This document shows positions 39,060 through 49,828 of a stretch of 64,000 nucleotides of DNA, piece after piece. The translations under genes were made by a program, and so were the position numbers. The DNA is from an uncultured Candidatus Binatia bacterium. Lineage in GTDB: Bacteria > Desulfobacterota > Binatia > Bin18. The stretch is taken from assembly GCA_965214605.1 (NCBI GenBank), contig OZ243961.1:736001-800000 (forward strand), read 5' to 3'. Position 1 is the stretch's first letter, and every line of letters begins with the position of its first letter. Below the pieces are notes generated by a model. The model was not told where the DNA came from, ran no database searches, and saw nothing but the letters and a program-made list of their open reading frames with translations.

Positions 39060-40073
39060 TCACAGCTTCGGAATCACCCGTTCCCCAAAGGTCTGGAGGG
39101 CACCGATCGTCGCCTCATGCGACGGGCCGCCGGGCTGCCGAAAGCGGAGGATCAAATAATCGGGCTGGATTTCCTCTTTCCAGTGGAGTAGTTGCTCTAG
39201 GCAGTCGTTCGGTCCGCCGACAATCAGCCGGTCTTTAGCGGTCTGGCTAAACGTCAGGTCTTCCGGTTTTTTGACGTCTTTCAGATACACGTCGGGGACG
39301 TAGGCGCCGTACTGAAAGTAAAAACGGTGGGTATACATAGTCGGCCCACTAGCGGCCTCGGCCGCGTCCATACTGTCGGCGATAATGGCGTCCCGCATCA
39401 GACAGATATACGGCGTGCGGCCCGCCTTTTGTGCCGCAGCCCGGTAACGGGCGGCATAGTCTTTAATCACTGGCAGAGACTGCACCGGATCGGCGATCCA
39501 GCCGTCGGCCATTCTCCCCGCCCGGCGCAGACCGACCGGCGTCCACGAGGCCATCCAGATCGGCGGGCCGGCCGGCTGGGAGGGGGTCGGCGTAATCAGC
39601 GTATCCGTGTACCGAAAGTGTTGGCCCTCATACGAAAAGCGCTCTCCCGTCCACGCGCGACGAATGATATCCATTGCCTCTTCGGTCCGAGAGGCACGTT
39701 CGCTGATAGGGATGCCAAAGGCCTCAAAATCGTGCGGTTGATAGCCAACGCCGAGGCTGAGGATGAGCCGCCCCCGCGTCGCTAAATCGATCACCGCGCA
39801 GTCTTCGGCTACGTGGACGGGATGGTGAAGCGGTATAAGCAGGACGCAGGTACCGACCTTGATGCGCCGGGTTTTCATCCCGATCAAGCCGGCTAGCAGT
39901 AACGGATTGGGAAGATAACCGTCCTCTTGCTGGTGATGTTCGGTAATGAAACACCCGTCCCAGCCGCTAGCCTCAGCGGCCTGGGCTTCAGCTACCAGCT
40001 CATCAATCACACGGGCCATATTCTGTCCGGACGGGGGATTTTGGGTGCACGGTAGGTAGCCGACGGGAAGCAT
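39060..40073 (-). CDS. LLM-class flavin-dependent oxidoreductase
   Basis: TEHH, HPVHVAED and GRLILSLGVGY motifs. Confidence 0.9.
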   Translation of the reverse strand: MLPVGYLPCTQNPPSGQNMARVIDELVAEAQAAEASGWDGCFITEHHQQEDGYLPNPLLLAGLIGMKTRRIKVGTCVLLIPLHHPVHVAEDCAVIDLATRGRLILSLGVGYQPHDFEAFGIPISERASRTEEAMDIIRRAWTGERFSYEGQHFRYTDTLITPTPSQPAGPPIWMASWTPVGLRRAGRMADGWIADPVQSLPVIKDYAARYRAAAQKAGRTPYICLMRDAIIADSMDAAEAASGPTMYTHRFYFQYGAYVPDVYLKDVKKPEDLTFSQTAKDRLIVGGPNDCLEQLLHWKEEIQPDYLILRFRQPGGPSHEATIGALQTFGERVIPKL

Positions 40074-40254
40074 GCTCGTTCTCCTTGTGTGTTGGCGCTA
40101 GACGCACCTAGGAAAGCAAAAAGCCGACAGCTTGTCCATCGTGTAGCTCCAGGTTTGAGAATCGGTTAATATACGCCCCTTCAGAGCCGCCTCATTTGTG
40201 CCAACGGCCCACAAGTTGGGAGGTATATTGATTGTTTGGTCTCGGGATGAGCGC

Positions 40255-41115
40255 ATGAAACTGTACGCCATCAGCGATCTCCATCTCGGCTATCAAGCCA
40301 ACCGCCAAGCCTTGGAGCAGCTCCCGGCACACCCGGAAGATTGGCTTATCCTTGGCGGTGATGTGGGTGAGACCGCCGAGCATTTGGAGTTCGCCTTTCG
40401 CGTGCTGAGCCCCCGCTTTCGGCAGCTCGTTTGGGTTCCCGGCAACCACGAACTGTGGACCACGTCGACCGACGGCCGCTCCGTACGCGGCCGGGAAAAA
40501 TATCAACAGCTCATCGCCGTGTGTCGCTCGTATGAGGTCTTGACTCCCGAAGATCCGTACCCGGTCTGGACAGGAGAAGGCGGGCCGTGTGTTCTGGCCC
40601 CGCTGTTTTTGCTGTACGATTACAGCTTCCGCCCGACCCATATTCCGACCCATCAGGCGGTGGCTTGGGCACGGGAATCGGGCGTTCTATGTGCCGATGA
40701 AAAGCGGCTGTCCCCCGCCCCCTACCCTTCTATCCCGGCCTGGTGTCGGGCGCGCTGCAGGCTGACCGCAGAACGCCTCTCCCATGTATCGGCCGAGTAC
40801 CCGCTGGTGCTGGTGAACCACTTTCCGTTTCGCCAAGACCTAATCCGCCTGTCTAAGATTCCACGTTTTGCGATTTGGTGCGGGACCGCGCAAACCGAAG
40901 ACTGGCATCAACGGTTCCGGGTCCTGGCGGTGGTGTCCGGCCACCTGCATATGCGGGCGACCGACTGGCGCGACGGGGTTCGGTTTGAGGAGGTCTCGCT
41001 TGGCTATCCCCGCCACTGGAGACAAGACAGGGGCCTAGGCCACTATGTGCGACAGATTCTGCCCGGACCGCCCACCCCGACAAGTGGCCATGGTGGTCCG
41101 CAGTGGCACCGCTAG
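40255..41115 (+). CDS. Calcineurin-like metallophosphoesterase
   Basis: ISDLH, GDV, PGNHELW and SGHLH motifs. Confidence 0.9.
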   Translation: MKLYAISDLHLGYQANRQALEQLPAHPEDWLILGGDVGETAEHLEFAFRVLSPRFRQLVWVPGNHELWTTSTDGRSVRGREKYQQLIAVCRSYEVLTPEDPYPVWTGEGGPCVLAPLFLLYDYSFRPTHIPTHQAVAWARESGVLCADEKRLSPAPYPSIPAWCRARCRLTAERLSHVSAEYPLVLVNHFPFRQDLIRLSKIPRFAIWCGTAQTEDWHQRFRVLAVVSGHLHMRATDWRDGVRFEEVSLGYPRHWRQDRGLGHYVRQILPGPPTPTSGHGGPQWHR

Positions 41116-41122
41116 GCATCGC

Positions 41123-43169
41123 TTAGGCCTGTGTGAGCGTGTCCAGGATAAAGGCATACGCAAAGGCGGTCTCTTTGAGCAGATCGTAGCGGCCCGAGGC
41201 TCCGCCATGGCCGGCTCCCAGTATTGGTTTTTAGCACCAGACGCCTCGTATCAGTTTTGGTCGTCCGCAGCTTGGCCGTCCACTTGGCCGGCTCCCAGTA
41301 TTGGACACGGGGGTCGTTCAGTCCGGCGGTGATCAACAGGTGCGGATAGGCTTGGGCTTTGACATTGTCGTATGGCGAATACGACAGCATATAGTCATAG
41401 TAGGCTTTGAGCTGAGGGTTGCCCCATTCCTCATACTCGGCAACCGTGAGCGGAAGGGACTCGTCCAGCATGGTGGTAACGACATCGACAAACGGCACCT
41501 GAGCAACCGCGACCGCGGCTAAACACGGGGCCATATTCATGACCGCTCCGATCAGCAGACCGCCGGCACTGCCGCCCATGATCACCAGCCTATCACTGCG
41601 GGTATAGTTTTTGGCGACTAGGGTCTGGCCACAGGCGATGAAGTCGGTAAAGGTCTGTTTCTTGCTCAGCATTTTACCCTGCTCATACCAATCCCGGCCC
41701 ATTTCCTCGCCGCCCCGAATGTGGGCAAGCGCATACACAAAGCCACGGTCGAGCAGGCTCAGGCGGTTGCTGGAAAACCAGGGGTCTAGGCTAGAGCCGT
41801 AGGAGCCGTAGCCGTACAGCAGACAGGGGTTGGAGCCGTCGCGACGCAGCCCTTTTTTGTAGACCAGAGAGATTGGGATACGGGTGCCGTCCCGAGCGGT
41901 CGCAAACACCCGTTCGGAGCGGTAGGCATCTGCCTCAAAATTGCCCAACACCGGCTTTTGTTTGCGCAGGGTCCGGGTGTGCCGGGCCATATCGTAATCG
42001 AACGTCGAGTCAGGCGTGGTCAGCGACATATAGGTAAAGCGGAGCGTGTCGGCATCAAACTCCGGGTTTTCAGACTGCGCATAGGTATACACCGGCTCTG
42101 GAAAAGAGACGCAATATTCCTGACCGCTGGTAAAATGATGGACGCGCAGGGTTCGCAGCCCCTGTTCACGTTCATACAAGACTAGGTAGTCGGCAAACAC
42201 ATCAATATCGTCAAGCTTGACCGATTCACGGTGGGGCACAAACTCCCGCCAGTTTTCCCGAGTCAAGTCAGCAACCGGGGCGGTCACCAGCCGGAAGTTC
42301 TTGGCCGCGTCGTTAGTCAGAATGTAGAGCAGCCCGTACCGATGCTCGACGGAGTAGCGCCGGCCGGTCTGGCGTGGTAGGACGAGTCGGAAGCGGCCCT
42401 GCGGCGTGTCCGCCGGCAGAATGGACACCTCTCCGGTTTCGATACTGTCAACAGACAGAACGAGATATGCCTGGTCCTTGGTTTTGTAGAGGTGGACCCC
42501 GTGCAGCTCGTCCGCCTCGTGGTACAGCTCGCTATCCTCGCTGGGGTCGGTCATCAGCCGATGGCGGTACAGTTTATGGGGTCGCTTAGCCGTGTCCTGG
42601 GTGGTGTAAAACAGGGTGCGGTTATCGCTGGCCCACTCCAGCGAATAGCTCGTGCGAGGAATCCTGTCCGGCAACAGTTCGCCGCTGACGAGGTCTTTGA
42701 TATACACCGTATAGTCTTCTGAACCGGTGGTATCGAGCGAATAGGCCAGCAGGCTATGGTCGGGGCTCATTTCGTACACCCCCAGCCGCAGGTACTCGGA
42801 GCCGTCGGCCTCGGCGTTCAGGTCGAGCAGGACTGTCTCTTCAGCCTTCGGGCGGTCGGGCTTGCGGCAGTATATGGGATACTGCTTGCCCTTTTCGGTT
42901 CGCGAGTAGTACAGGAACGGGCCGCGCTTCACTGGAAGGGACAGGTCGGTCTCCTGGATGCGGTTCAGCATTTCGGTGTAGAGGGTGTGTTGCAGCTCGA
43001 CCGTATGCGCCATGACCGCCTCGGCGTAGGCGTTTTCGGCTTCTAGATGACTGATGACGGCAGGATTGCTTTTTTCCCGAAGCCAGTAATAGGGATCAAT
43101 CCGGGTATGGCCGTGGACGGTCAGTTTGTGATGAATCGGCGTTGCCACTGGCGGCGTCGGGACAGGCAT
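41123..43169 (-). CDS. ptrB: Oligopeptidase B (S9 peptidase) with a 1-nt frameshift near 41221
   Basis: DPYYWLR, GGSAGG and NDPRVQYWEPAKW motifs; the catalytic GAGHGGASGRY segment lies in another frame that ends at a TAA at 41123. Confidence 0.88.
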
Positions 43170-43181
43170 ACGGACTCCTTA

Positions 43182-44114
43182 TTACGACGAGGAGACTGAG
43201 GCGGAGGATACCGAGGATGGAGCGTGTTCAGACTCTTCGGTCTGCCGGACTTTGCTCCGTTCTGGTCCGCCTTCATGACGGACCATGTATATGCCGCTGG
43301 CGATGATCAGCGCGCCGCCGCCCAACACGCCGGCGGTCGGGATGTCGCCCCACAGCCAATAGCCCAACACCATGGCCCACACTAGCCCGGTGTATTCAAA
43401 CGGCGCGATGAACGAGACTTCTCCATAGCGAAAAGCCTGGGCTAGCAGCCAGTGGGCGACAACCCCAATGAGACCGGTGATGAGAAAGAGCGGCACATGG
43501 GCCGGGGTAATCGGCGTCCAGCTGCTGGCGGCAAAAGGCAGGGTCGCAACAGCGCTGATGGCCATGTAATAGAATAAAATCCGGGTGCTCGGCTCGTGCT
43601 GACTGAGGCGGCGGGCGACTAGGCTGGTCACGGCCCAGACGACCGCGGCCAACAGGGCGAGGAAAGCGGCAAAACTGAAACCCAAACTGGCTGGCGACAA
43701 CACGATCAACACGCCGACAAACCCGCCAATCACGGCTACCCAGCGCGAGTGGGAAACTCGCTCGCCAAGAAAGATCCGACCAAACAGGGCCATGAACAGC
43801 GGAGCGCCGAACACGAGGGTATAGGCGTTGGCGAGCGAGATGGAGCGCAGGGCGATGATGAACAGCAGCCACGACACCAGCATCAACACCGAGCGGACCG
43901 CGTGTGCCAACAGATACGAGGTCGCCACCCCCCGGCGGCCCTGCTCCCACACCACCACCGCTAGCGCGGGCCCCACGCCGAGCAGCGCCCGCAGAAAGAC
44001 AATTTGGACAGCCGGATAGTGTGGCACCAACCACTTTGCCGTAGCATCGCTAACCGACAGCAAAGAGATGGTAGCGAGCATGTAGCAGACGGCCTTAAAG
44101 GGAGCGTTGATCAT
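43182..44114 (-). CDS. DMT/EamA family transporter
   Basis: About 10 TM segments; IFLGERV and APFEYTGLVWA motifs. Confidence 0.9.
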   Translation of the reverse strand: MINAPFKAVCYMLATISLLSVSDATAKWLVPHYPAVQIVFLRALLGVGPALAVVVWEQGRRGVATSYLLAHAVRSVLMLVSWLLFIIALRSISLANAYTLVFGAPLFMALFGRIFLGERVSHSRWVAVIGGFVGVLIVLSPASLGFSFAAFLALLAAVVWAVTSLVARRLSQHEPSTRILFYYMAISAVATLPFAASSWTPITPAHVPLFLITGLIGVVAHWLLAQAFRYGEVSFIAPFEYTGLVWAMVLGYWLWGDIPTAGVLGGGALIIASGIYMVRHEGGPERSKVRQTEESEHAPSSVSSASVSSS

Positions 44115-44908
44115 TGCGGAGGCTTATCCTTTTTGCGCTGGCGGTATTTTTCGACCATATAAGAGCCGGCGGCCACCCCACCACCGTCGACGACTAGGAC
44201 AGTTCCGGTAATAAAGCTTGAGTCGGGAGAGGCCAGAAACAGAGCTGCATGGGCAATTTCTTCAACCTGGCCGAAACGGGCGATCGGCATATGCTGAGCG
44301 CGCTCGCGCAGAGCCTCTGGCGGCCAGGTTCTCAACAGCTCGGTTTCAATCGGGCCGGGAGCGATTGCGTTGACGGTAATACCATAGTCGGCCAAATCAA
44401 GCGCGGCCGAGCGGGTGAGACCAATAATCCCAGCTTTGGCCGCGCCGTAGGGAGCCAGATTAATCGGTCCCATCAGTCCGGCCACAGACGCGATATTCAC
44501 AATCCGGCCGTACTCCTGCTTGGCCATTTCCCGGGCCGCAGCTTGGGCACAGTAGAACGAACCGGACAGATGAATATTGATGTGCTGCTGCCAGTTGTCT
44601 TTACTAACTTCCAAGAAGCGCTGACCTTTGCCGATTCCGGCGTTATTGACTAGGACGTCAATCTTCCCCAAGGCGTCGAGCGTGGTCGAGACGAGAGCCT
44701 GCACCTGATCATAATCACTGACGTCGGTGCGGTGCACGAATGCACGGCGACCGAGCTGACGGATTTCATCGGCCGTGGCTTGGGAGGTCTCCATATTCAG
44801 GTCTGCGATTGCAATATCCGCCCCTTCAGCTGCAAAACGCAGGGCAATCGCTCGACCGATCCCCTGACCTGCTCCGGTAACGAGGGCGGTCTGGTTTTGG
44901 AGCTGCAT
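44111..44908 (-). CDS. SDR oxidoreductase (FabG-like)
   Basis: TGAGQGIG, NNAG and YGAAK motifs. Confidence 0.92.
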   Translation of the reverse strand: MQLQNQTALVTGAGQGIGRAIALRFAAEGADIAIADLNMETSQATADEIRQLGRRAFVHRTDVSDYDQVQALVSTTLDALGKIDVLVNNAGIGKGQRFLEVSKDNWQQHINIHLSGSFYCAQAAAREMAKQEYGRIVNIASVAGLMGPINLAPYGAAKAGIIGLTRSAALDLADYGITVNAIAPGPIETELLRTWPPEALRERAQHMPIARFGQVEEIAHAALFLASPDSSFITGTVLVVDGGGVAAGSYMVEKYRQRKKDKPPQ

Positions 44909-44960
44909 CAGCGACCTCCTCTTCTCTTATGTTTGATACGGCTGATCTGGTCGGCAACCC

Positions 44961-46208
44961 TCATAGCCTGTCCTTGTTTTGATCCGCCACCAACACGCCC
45001 TGCTCGTGTAGGCCTCGAATCTGCTCGTCCGAATAGCCGCACAGATCGCGCAGGAGCTCGACGTTATGCTGTCCCAGACGGGACGCCGGCCCCGGAATAC
45101 GCGGCGGAGTCTTGGAAAACTTATGCGGCGACTTGAGCAGTAGCAGTTCTCCATAGTCGGCATTTGGCGTTTTTTCGATCATGCGTGCACTCAGGTGCGG
45201 GTTCTCGGCAAACTGGCCAATCGATAAAATTGGCGCGACCGGCAGCCGCAGTTCGTCTGCCATAATCCGGATGGCCTCTTCATCGCTTGACAGCGACTGC
45301 AACCACTCTTCGATCATGACTCTGAGGGCGTCGGCGTTCTGGATGCGCCAGCGGTTGGTCTTAAACTCGGGCGAGGCCAGCAGTTCTTCCCGACCCATGC
45401 GTTTGACTAGCGTCACCCAGTGGTCCTCAGTAATCAGGCCAATCGCAATATAGCCGTCCTTCGACTTAAACGACCCGTACGGAAAGGCGCCGCTGCGCTG
45501 GTTGCCGCCCCGCTGTGGGTCCACCTTGCCGCTGCTTACGCTGTAGGCAGCCAGCGCCCAGTCGTGGGCGTTGTAGGTACAATCGACCAACGCTAAATCA
45601 ATATACTGCCCTTCGCCCGTCCGTTGGCGATGGAACAGCGCGGCACTCATCGAGCCAAAGGCGTTGAGGGCGGCCATATGGTCGCCGACCGCCGAACCCG
45701 GATAGGCCGGGTAGTCATCCGGCTCACCGATCATGTGCAGAAACCCGCCGACCCCTAAGGCCACCAAATCATTGCCGATCCGTCGCGCGTACGGACCGGT
45801 TTGGCCATAGGTCGAGACCGAACACATGATGATGGAAGGATTAATCTCGGACAGCTCATCATAGCTCAGGCCGTAGCTAGCCATAATGCCGGGCGTGAAG
45901 TTCTCAAACACCACATCGACGCTTTCGACCAAGCGCTTGATCAGCGTCTGCCCCTGAGGAGTCTTAATATCAACCCCTAGGCTCTTTTTGCCCCGGTTGT
46001 GCAGAATAAAGTAACTCGGGGTTGCACCATCTTTGCCGTCCTTGGGCACAATCCGAATATGGCGGCTGTGCTCACCCCGAGGCGGCAGTTCAACCTTGAT
46101 GATCTCAGCGCCGAGATCAACCATCAGCCGCGTGGCCTGTGGGCCCGCAAGCCACTGGGTAAAATCAAGCACCCGGATACCTTCGAAAATTTGCTTTTGG
46201 ATTGCCAT
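44961..46208 (-). CDS. Family III (CaiB/BaiF) CoA-transferase
   Basis: RVLDFTQWLAGP, NRGKKS, ENFTPG and VGDH motifs. Confidence 0.92.
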   Translation of the reverse strand: MAIQKQIFEGIRVLDFTQWLAGPQATRLMVDLGAEIIKVELPPRGEHSRHIRIVPKDGKDGATPSYFILHNRGKKSLGVDIKTPQGQTLIKRLVESVDVVFENFTPGIMASYGLSYDELSEINPSIIMCSVSTYGQTGPYARRIGNDLVALGVGGFLHMIGEPDDYPAYPGSAVGDHMAALNAFGSMSAALFHRQRTGEGQYIDLALVDCTYNAHDWALAAYSVSSGKVDPQRGGNQRSGAFPYGSFKSKDGYIAIGLITEDHWVTLVKRMGREELLASPEFKTNRWRIQNADALRVMIEEWLQSLSSDEEAIRIMADELRLPVAPILSIGQFAENPHLSARMIEKTPNADYGELLLLKSPHKFSKTPPRIPGPASRLGQHNVELLRDLCGYSDEQIRGLHEQGVLVADQNKDRL

Positions 46209-46225
46209 AGCTATTCCCCCACCTG

Positions 46226-46954
46226 TCAGAAGCTCTTCCCGGCCATAAAACCGCCGTCAATCGGATAGGTTGCCCCGGTGATACAATGCGCCTCGGCTGA
46301 TGCAACAAAGAGCATGAAGGAAGCAACTCCTTCGGGCTGTACTCTGCGTCTGGCCGGGTGCATGCTGCGAAGCGACGCCACCACATTGGGATCGTTAAAA
46401 TAGCTGGCCGTCATACCTGTCTCAACCACGCCGGGCGCAATCGCATTGACCTGGATATCGTCCGTGGCCATTTCTTTGGTCAGCCCAACGACCGCGTGCT
46501 TGGACGCCACATAGGCGGGGCCCGGTTCGGCACCCCGACCACGCTAGCCACTGAGGCCAGGTTGACACCTTTCCCGCCCTGCCCCTGGGCGGTCATCTGG
46601 AGGGCTGCCGCCTGGCTGTACAAAAAGGTCCCGCTCAGATACCCGTTGGCATTCTGTAAAATCCAGCTCCAGAAACGCCGCAATTTCGTGCACGCCCGCA
46701 CTGTTGACCAAGATATCGACCCCGCCGAGTTCCCGCACCGCAGTTTTGACCGCATTAGGCCGCGCAACATCAAGCTGGATCACACGGGCCTTTCCGCCCG
46801 CACTGACGATAGTTTCACCGCTGTCATGGGCTGAATCCAAATTGACATCGGCCGCGGTCAGGTCCGCACCTTCTTTGCTAAAGGCTAGACACGCCGCCCG
46901 GCCGATACCGCTACCAGCCCCTGTGACCAGGACACGTGTGTTCTCAAACCGCAT
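46226..46954 (-). pseudogene. Fragmented SDR oxidoreductase
   Basis: TGAGSGIG/VNSAGV, VNLASVASVVG and ASKHAVVGLTK..VNAIAPG..DGG segments fall in three different frames. Confidence 0.85.
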
Positions 46955-46973
46955 GAACGCCTCCTTAACTATA

Positions 46974-47064
46974 CTGACAGGCACTCATACCTCACACCTA
47001 CCCGTATCAGTCTCTCCTTCACCGTGGGCACTAAGCCGCTGACAGGCACTCATACCTCACACCT
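46974..47064. repeat. Exact 26-bp direct repeat pair with a 39-bp spacer
   Basis: ctgacaggcactcatacctcacacct at 46974-46999 and 47039-47064. Confidence 0.9.
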
Positions 47065-47914
47065 CCTCCATCGCCTAGCCACGAGACGATACTTGCTCTA
47101 GTGGCTAGCTAGTTGCCGCAATGCCTGAACGAGCCGGGCAGAACGCTCTTTGGCTGACCCTATCCGGGGTGCGCTTGCTTTTTGAGCCCGGACAGTTAAG
47201 GAAGCTGCTAGCCCTAAGCGACATGCGTGGCCAGGCAGTGGGGAACAGGCCCAGCGCCTCTCCGTCGATCAACACAACGCCCTCGCCGCGTTTATTCTCA
47301 AAGACGGACAAGACGAAAGGCGCCGGAACGCGGCGTTTGCAAGCTCACCTACACGCTCCGGACGACTCGCCGGTGCAGGTCGCGGGGGAAGACCGCAAAA
47401 GGCCGACCGAAGCACTTCCTAGCACAGGCTCTGTTGTGTCCCGGACAACACGACAGTTTCGTCAGCAGCTAAAGACACGACCGGACGCAATCCCACGATA
47501 GGCGAAGGTCGTTCACCAACACTGCGAGGCCAACCCATAGCGCGAGAGTTGGCGTTTCAAGCCAGTACATCTAACCCGACCGATCTACCGGTGGCATGCC
47601 CAAGAGCGACCGGGCAGTTGGTCAACGGGAGGCCAGGGGCATGCTATGGTTCTGAATCGTCTCACCTGCGGACCCCGACCAAATGCGCAGCTGGGGGATG
47701 GAACACTCAGGGCGCTAGCGCCCCGTCAGAGCATAGCGGTTCAGCCGTCAGGACCTTGATTTCGAATCGCCCTCTGCATAGCGTCCTCTGCAGCGCCTTG
47801 GTCGTCCCTGGCAGGAGCGGACGGCAGGTCTTGAGCGTCCGCCAACCCAGAATAGATCAAGACGATCAATGCATAATCTGCTGATCGCTTCCTTACATGA
47901 GGCCTTTCGGCATT

Positions 47915-47951
47915 CCCCTCCCTCTCCCTCCGGGAGAGAGCCGGGATGAGG
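47915..47951. repeat. REP-like extragenic palindrome
   Basis: cctctccc-tcc-gggagag..gggatgagg; related copies at 49044-49072 and, degenerate, at 36284-36310. Confidence 0.55.
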
Positions 47952-47955
47952 ACGC

Positions 47956-48972
47956 TTAGGTCTGAAACGCCGGCATGACCTCCCTGGCGAACAGCTCCAG
48001 CGACCTCGTCGATTTCCTGGGGTCCATACCTGCAAGCTGGGTGCTCATAATGAAGTGGGTGCATTGGAATTCGCTAGCGAAGCGCTCCATTTTCCTGGCC
48101 ACTTGATCGGGCGTACCGATCATCACCGCTCGGCCAAACGCCGAGTCACGGAGTTCGCTGGGTTTGGTGAACATCCAGACGTCTTTGTCACCGGGCGCGT
48201 CATTGGCCTCGGCCAGGATATGGCCGTAAAACTCCATCATGCTGAAAAGATGGTCTTGACAGTCTTCCCAGGCCTGCTCCTCGGTGTCGGCCAAGTACAC
48301 CAGACGAAGCTGGGCAATGTGAAAATCGTCCGGGTTACGCCCGCACTGCCTGAGCTCATCCACATACCACGGCGCGGGGTCCGGGCCGATGGTAGCCATG
48401 AGATGACAGCCAAGTCGGGCAGCGCTGCGGGTCGCCTTTTCGGCACGCGCGCCGATCCACAGCGGCATCGGCCGCTGGACCGGCCGCGGGCTCAGGCGGA
48501 GGTCTTTGACCTGAGTGAAGCGACCGTCAAACGTGACCGTGTCCTCGGTCCAAACCTTCTGGATCAATTCGACGCCCTCGCGCAAACGCGCAGAGCGTTC
48601 TTTCCGCGGCATACAGAGCGCGTCAAACTCCAGGTAGGAGTAGCCCTGCCCGACACCTAGGTCAAAACGGCCGTTTGACCAGATGTCTACACAGGTCGCG
48701 TCTTCGGCCACCCGAATCGGGTGCTGAAACGGCAGCAGCAAGATAAACGTACCGATGCGAATCGTACTCGTGCGTGTGGCAATTGCCGCCGCGGTCGGCA
48801 GCAGCGAAGGATTGTAGCCGTCGTCCGTAAAGTGATGCTCGGTCAGCCAGACATGGTTATAGCCCAGTTGTTCAGCCCGGACCGTCTGCTCTAGCACCGC
48901 GGCGTACAACTCGGGAAACGGCCGGCGCCACGGCTCGGGGTTACGGAAATCTTGCATAAAGCCAAATTTCAT
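47956..48972 (-). CDS. LLM-class flavin-dependent oxidoreductase
   Basis: WLTEHH, HPIRVAED and GRFDLGVGQGY motifs; start MKFGF after an AAGGAG RBS. Confidence 0.92.
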   Translation of the reverse strand: MKFGFMQDFRNPEPWRRPFPELYAAVLEQTVRAEQLGYNHVWLTEHHFTDDGYNPSLLPTAAAIATRTSTIRIGTFILLLPFQHPIRVAEDATCVDIWSNGRFDLGVGQGYSYLEFDALCMPRKERSARLREGVELIQKVWTEDTVTFDGRFTQVKDLRLSPRPVQRPMPLWIGARAEKATRSAARLGCHLMATIGPDPAPWYVDELRQCGRNPDDFHIAQLRLVYLADTEEQAWEDCQDHLFSMMEFYGHILAEANDAPGDKDVWMFTKPSELRDSAFGRAVMIGTPDQVARKMERFASEFQCTHFIMSTQLAGMDPRKSTRSLELFAREVMPAFQT

Positions 48973-49043
48973 GGTGTGTCTCTCCTTAACTCCCGGGGTC
49001 GGGCTTTTACATAGCGGTTTTTCCATGCTGGCGACAGGCCGCG

Positions 49044-49072
49044 CTCACCCCCTTCTCCCTGGGGGAGAGGGG
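49044..49072. repeat. REP-like extragenic palindrome (inverted relative to the 47915 copy)
   Basis: ctcacccccttctccc-tgg-gggagagggg. Confidence 0.55.
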
Positions 49073-49098
49073 CCCACGGAAAGTTAAGGAGAAGCGCC

Positions 49099-49809
49099 AT
49101 GTCACGGGTGTTGCTGCCAGTGCTGATCAGTCTGAGTCTGGCTTCGGTCGTCTTTGCCTACCAGGAAGTGCAGGTCACCGACGCTGGGATAATCCAGGGT
49201 CAGGTCATCTTCACGGGACCAATCCCCGTACCCGGCGTCCTGCCGGTGCTAAAGAATCGCGCGGTGTGCGGCGAACAGGTTCCGGACGAGAGCCTAGTCG
49301 TCAGCCTCAACCGTGGAGTCAAAAATGTGGCGGTCATTGTTGAGAGTATTACGGCTGGCAAAGCGCTCCCACGCCGCCTAGCCGTCTTGGATAACAAAGG
49401 CTGTGCCTTTGTCCCTCGGGTGCAAGCGCTCGTGGTCGGCCAGACGCTAGAGCTGCGCAACAGCGACCCCATTCTGCATAATGCCCACGCCCACCTGCCG
49501 TCTTATGGGACTCTGTTCAACCTAGGGCTTCCTCACTGGCGTCGGATACGACACACGCTGCAAGACATCGGGCGTATCAGCATTGACTGCAACGTCCTGC
49601 ATACCTGGATGCGGGCCTATCTCATTGTGACAACGCACCCGTACGCCACGATCAGTGATGCCGAAGGGCGTTTCAGCCTGGATCAGGTCCCGGCCGGGAC
49701 CTACACGCTCCGCCTGTGGCACGAACGTTTGGGGGAGCTGAGTCGCAGGGTGTTGGTTGGAGAAAAACAAGAGGTTTGGCTCAGCCTAGCGTACGATGGA
49801 GCACGATAA
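49099..49809 (+). CDS. Secreted cupredoxin-like / carboxypeptidase-regulatory-like domain protein
   Basis: Signal peptide; C.FVP, NSDPILHN, CNVLHTWM and VPAGTYTL..WHE motifs. Confidence 0.78.
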   Translation: MSRVLLPVLISLSLASVVFAYQEVQVTDAGIIQGQVIFTGPIPVPGVLPVLKNRAVCGEQVPDESLVVSLNRGVKNVAVIVESITAGKALPRRLAVLDNKGCAFVPRVQALVVGQTLELRNSDPILHNAHAHLPSYGTLFNLGLPHWRRIRHTLQDIGRISIDCNVLHTWMRAYLIVTTHPYATISDAEGRFSLDQVPAGTYTLRLWHERLGELSRRVLVGEKQEVWLSLAYDGAR

Positions 49810-49828
49810 GGCACTGCTGGGCATCGCG

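Noticed and set aside
46974-47064. CRISPR array
   Set aside because: Only two repeats, non-palindromic, with no leader or cas genes; kept as a plain direct repeat.
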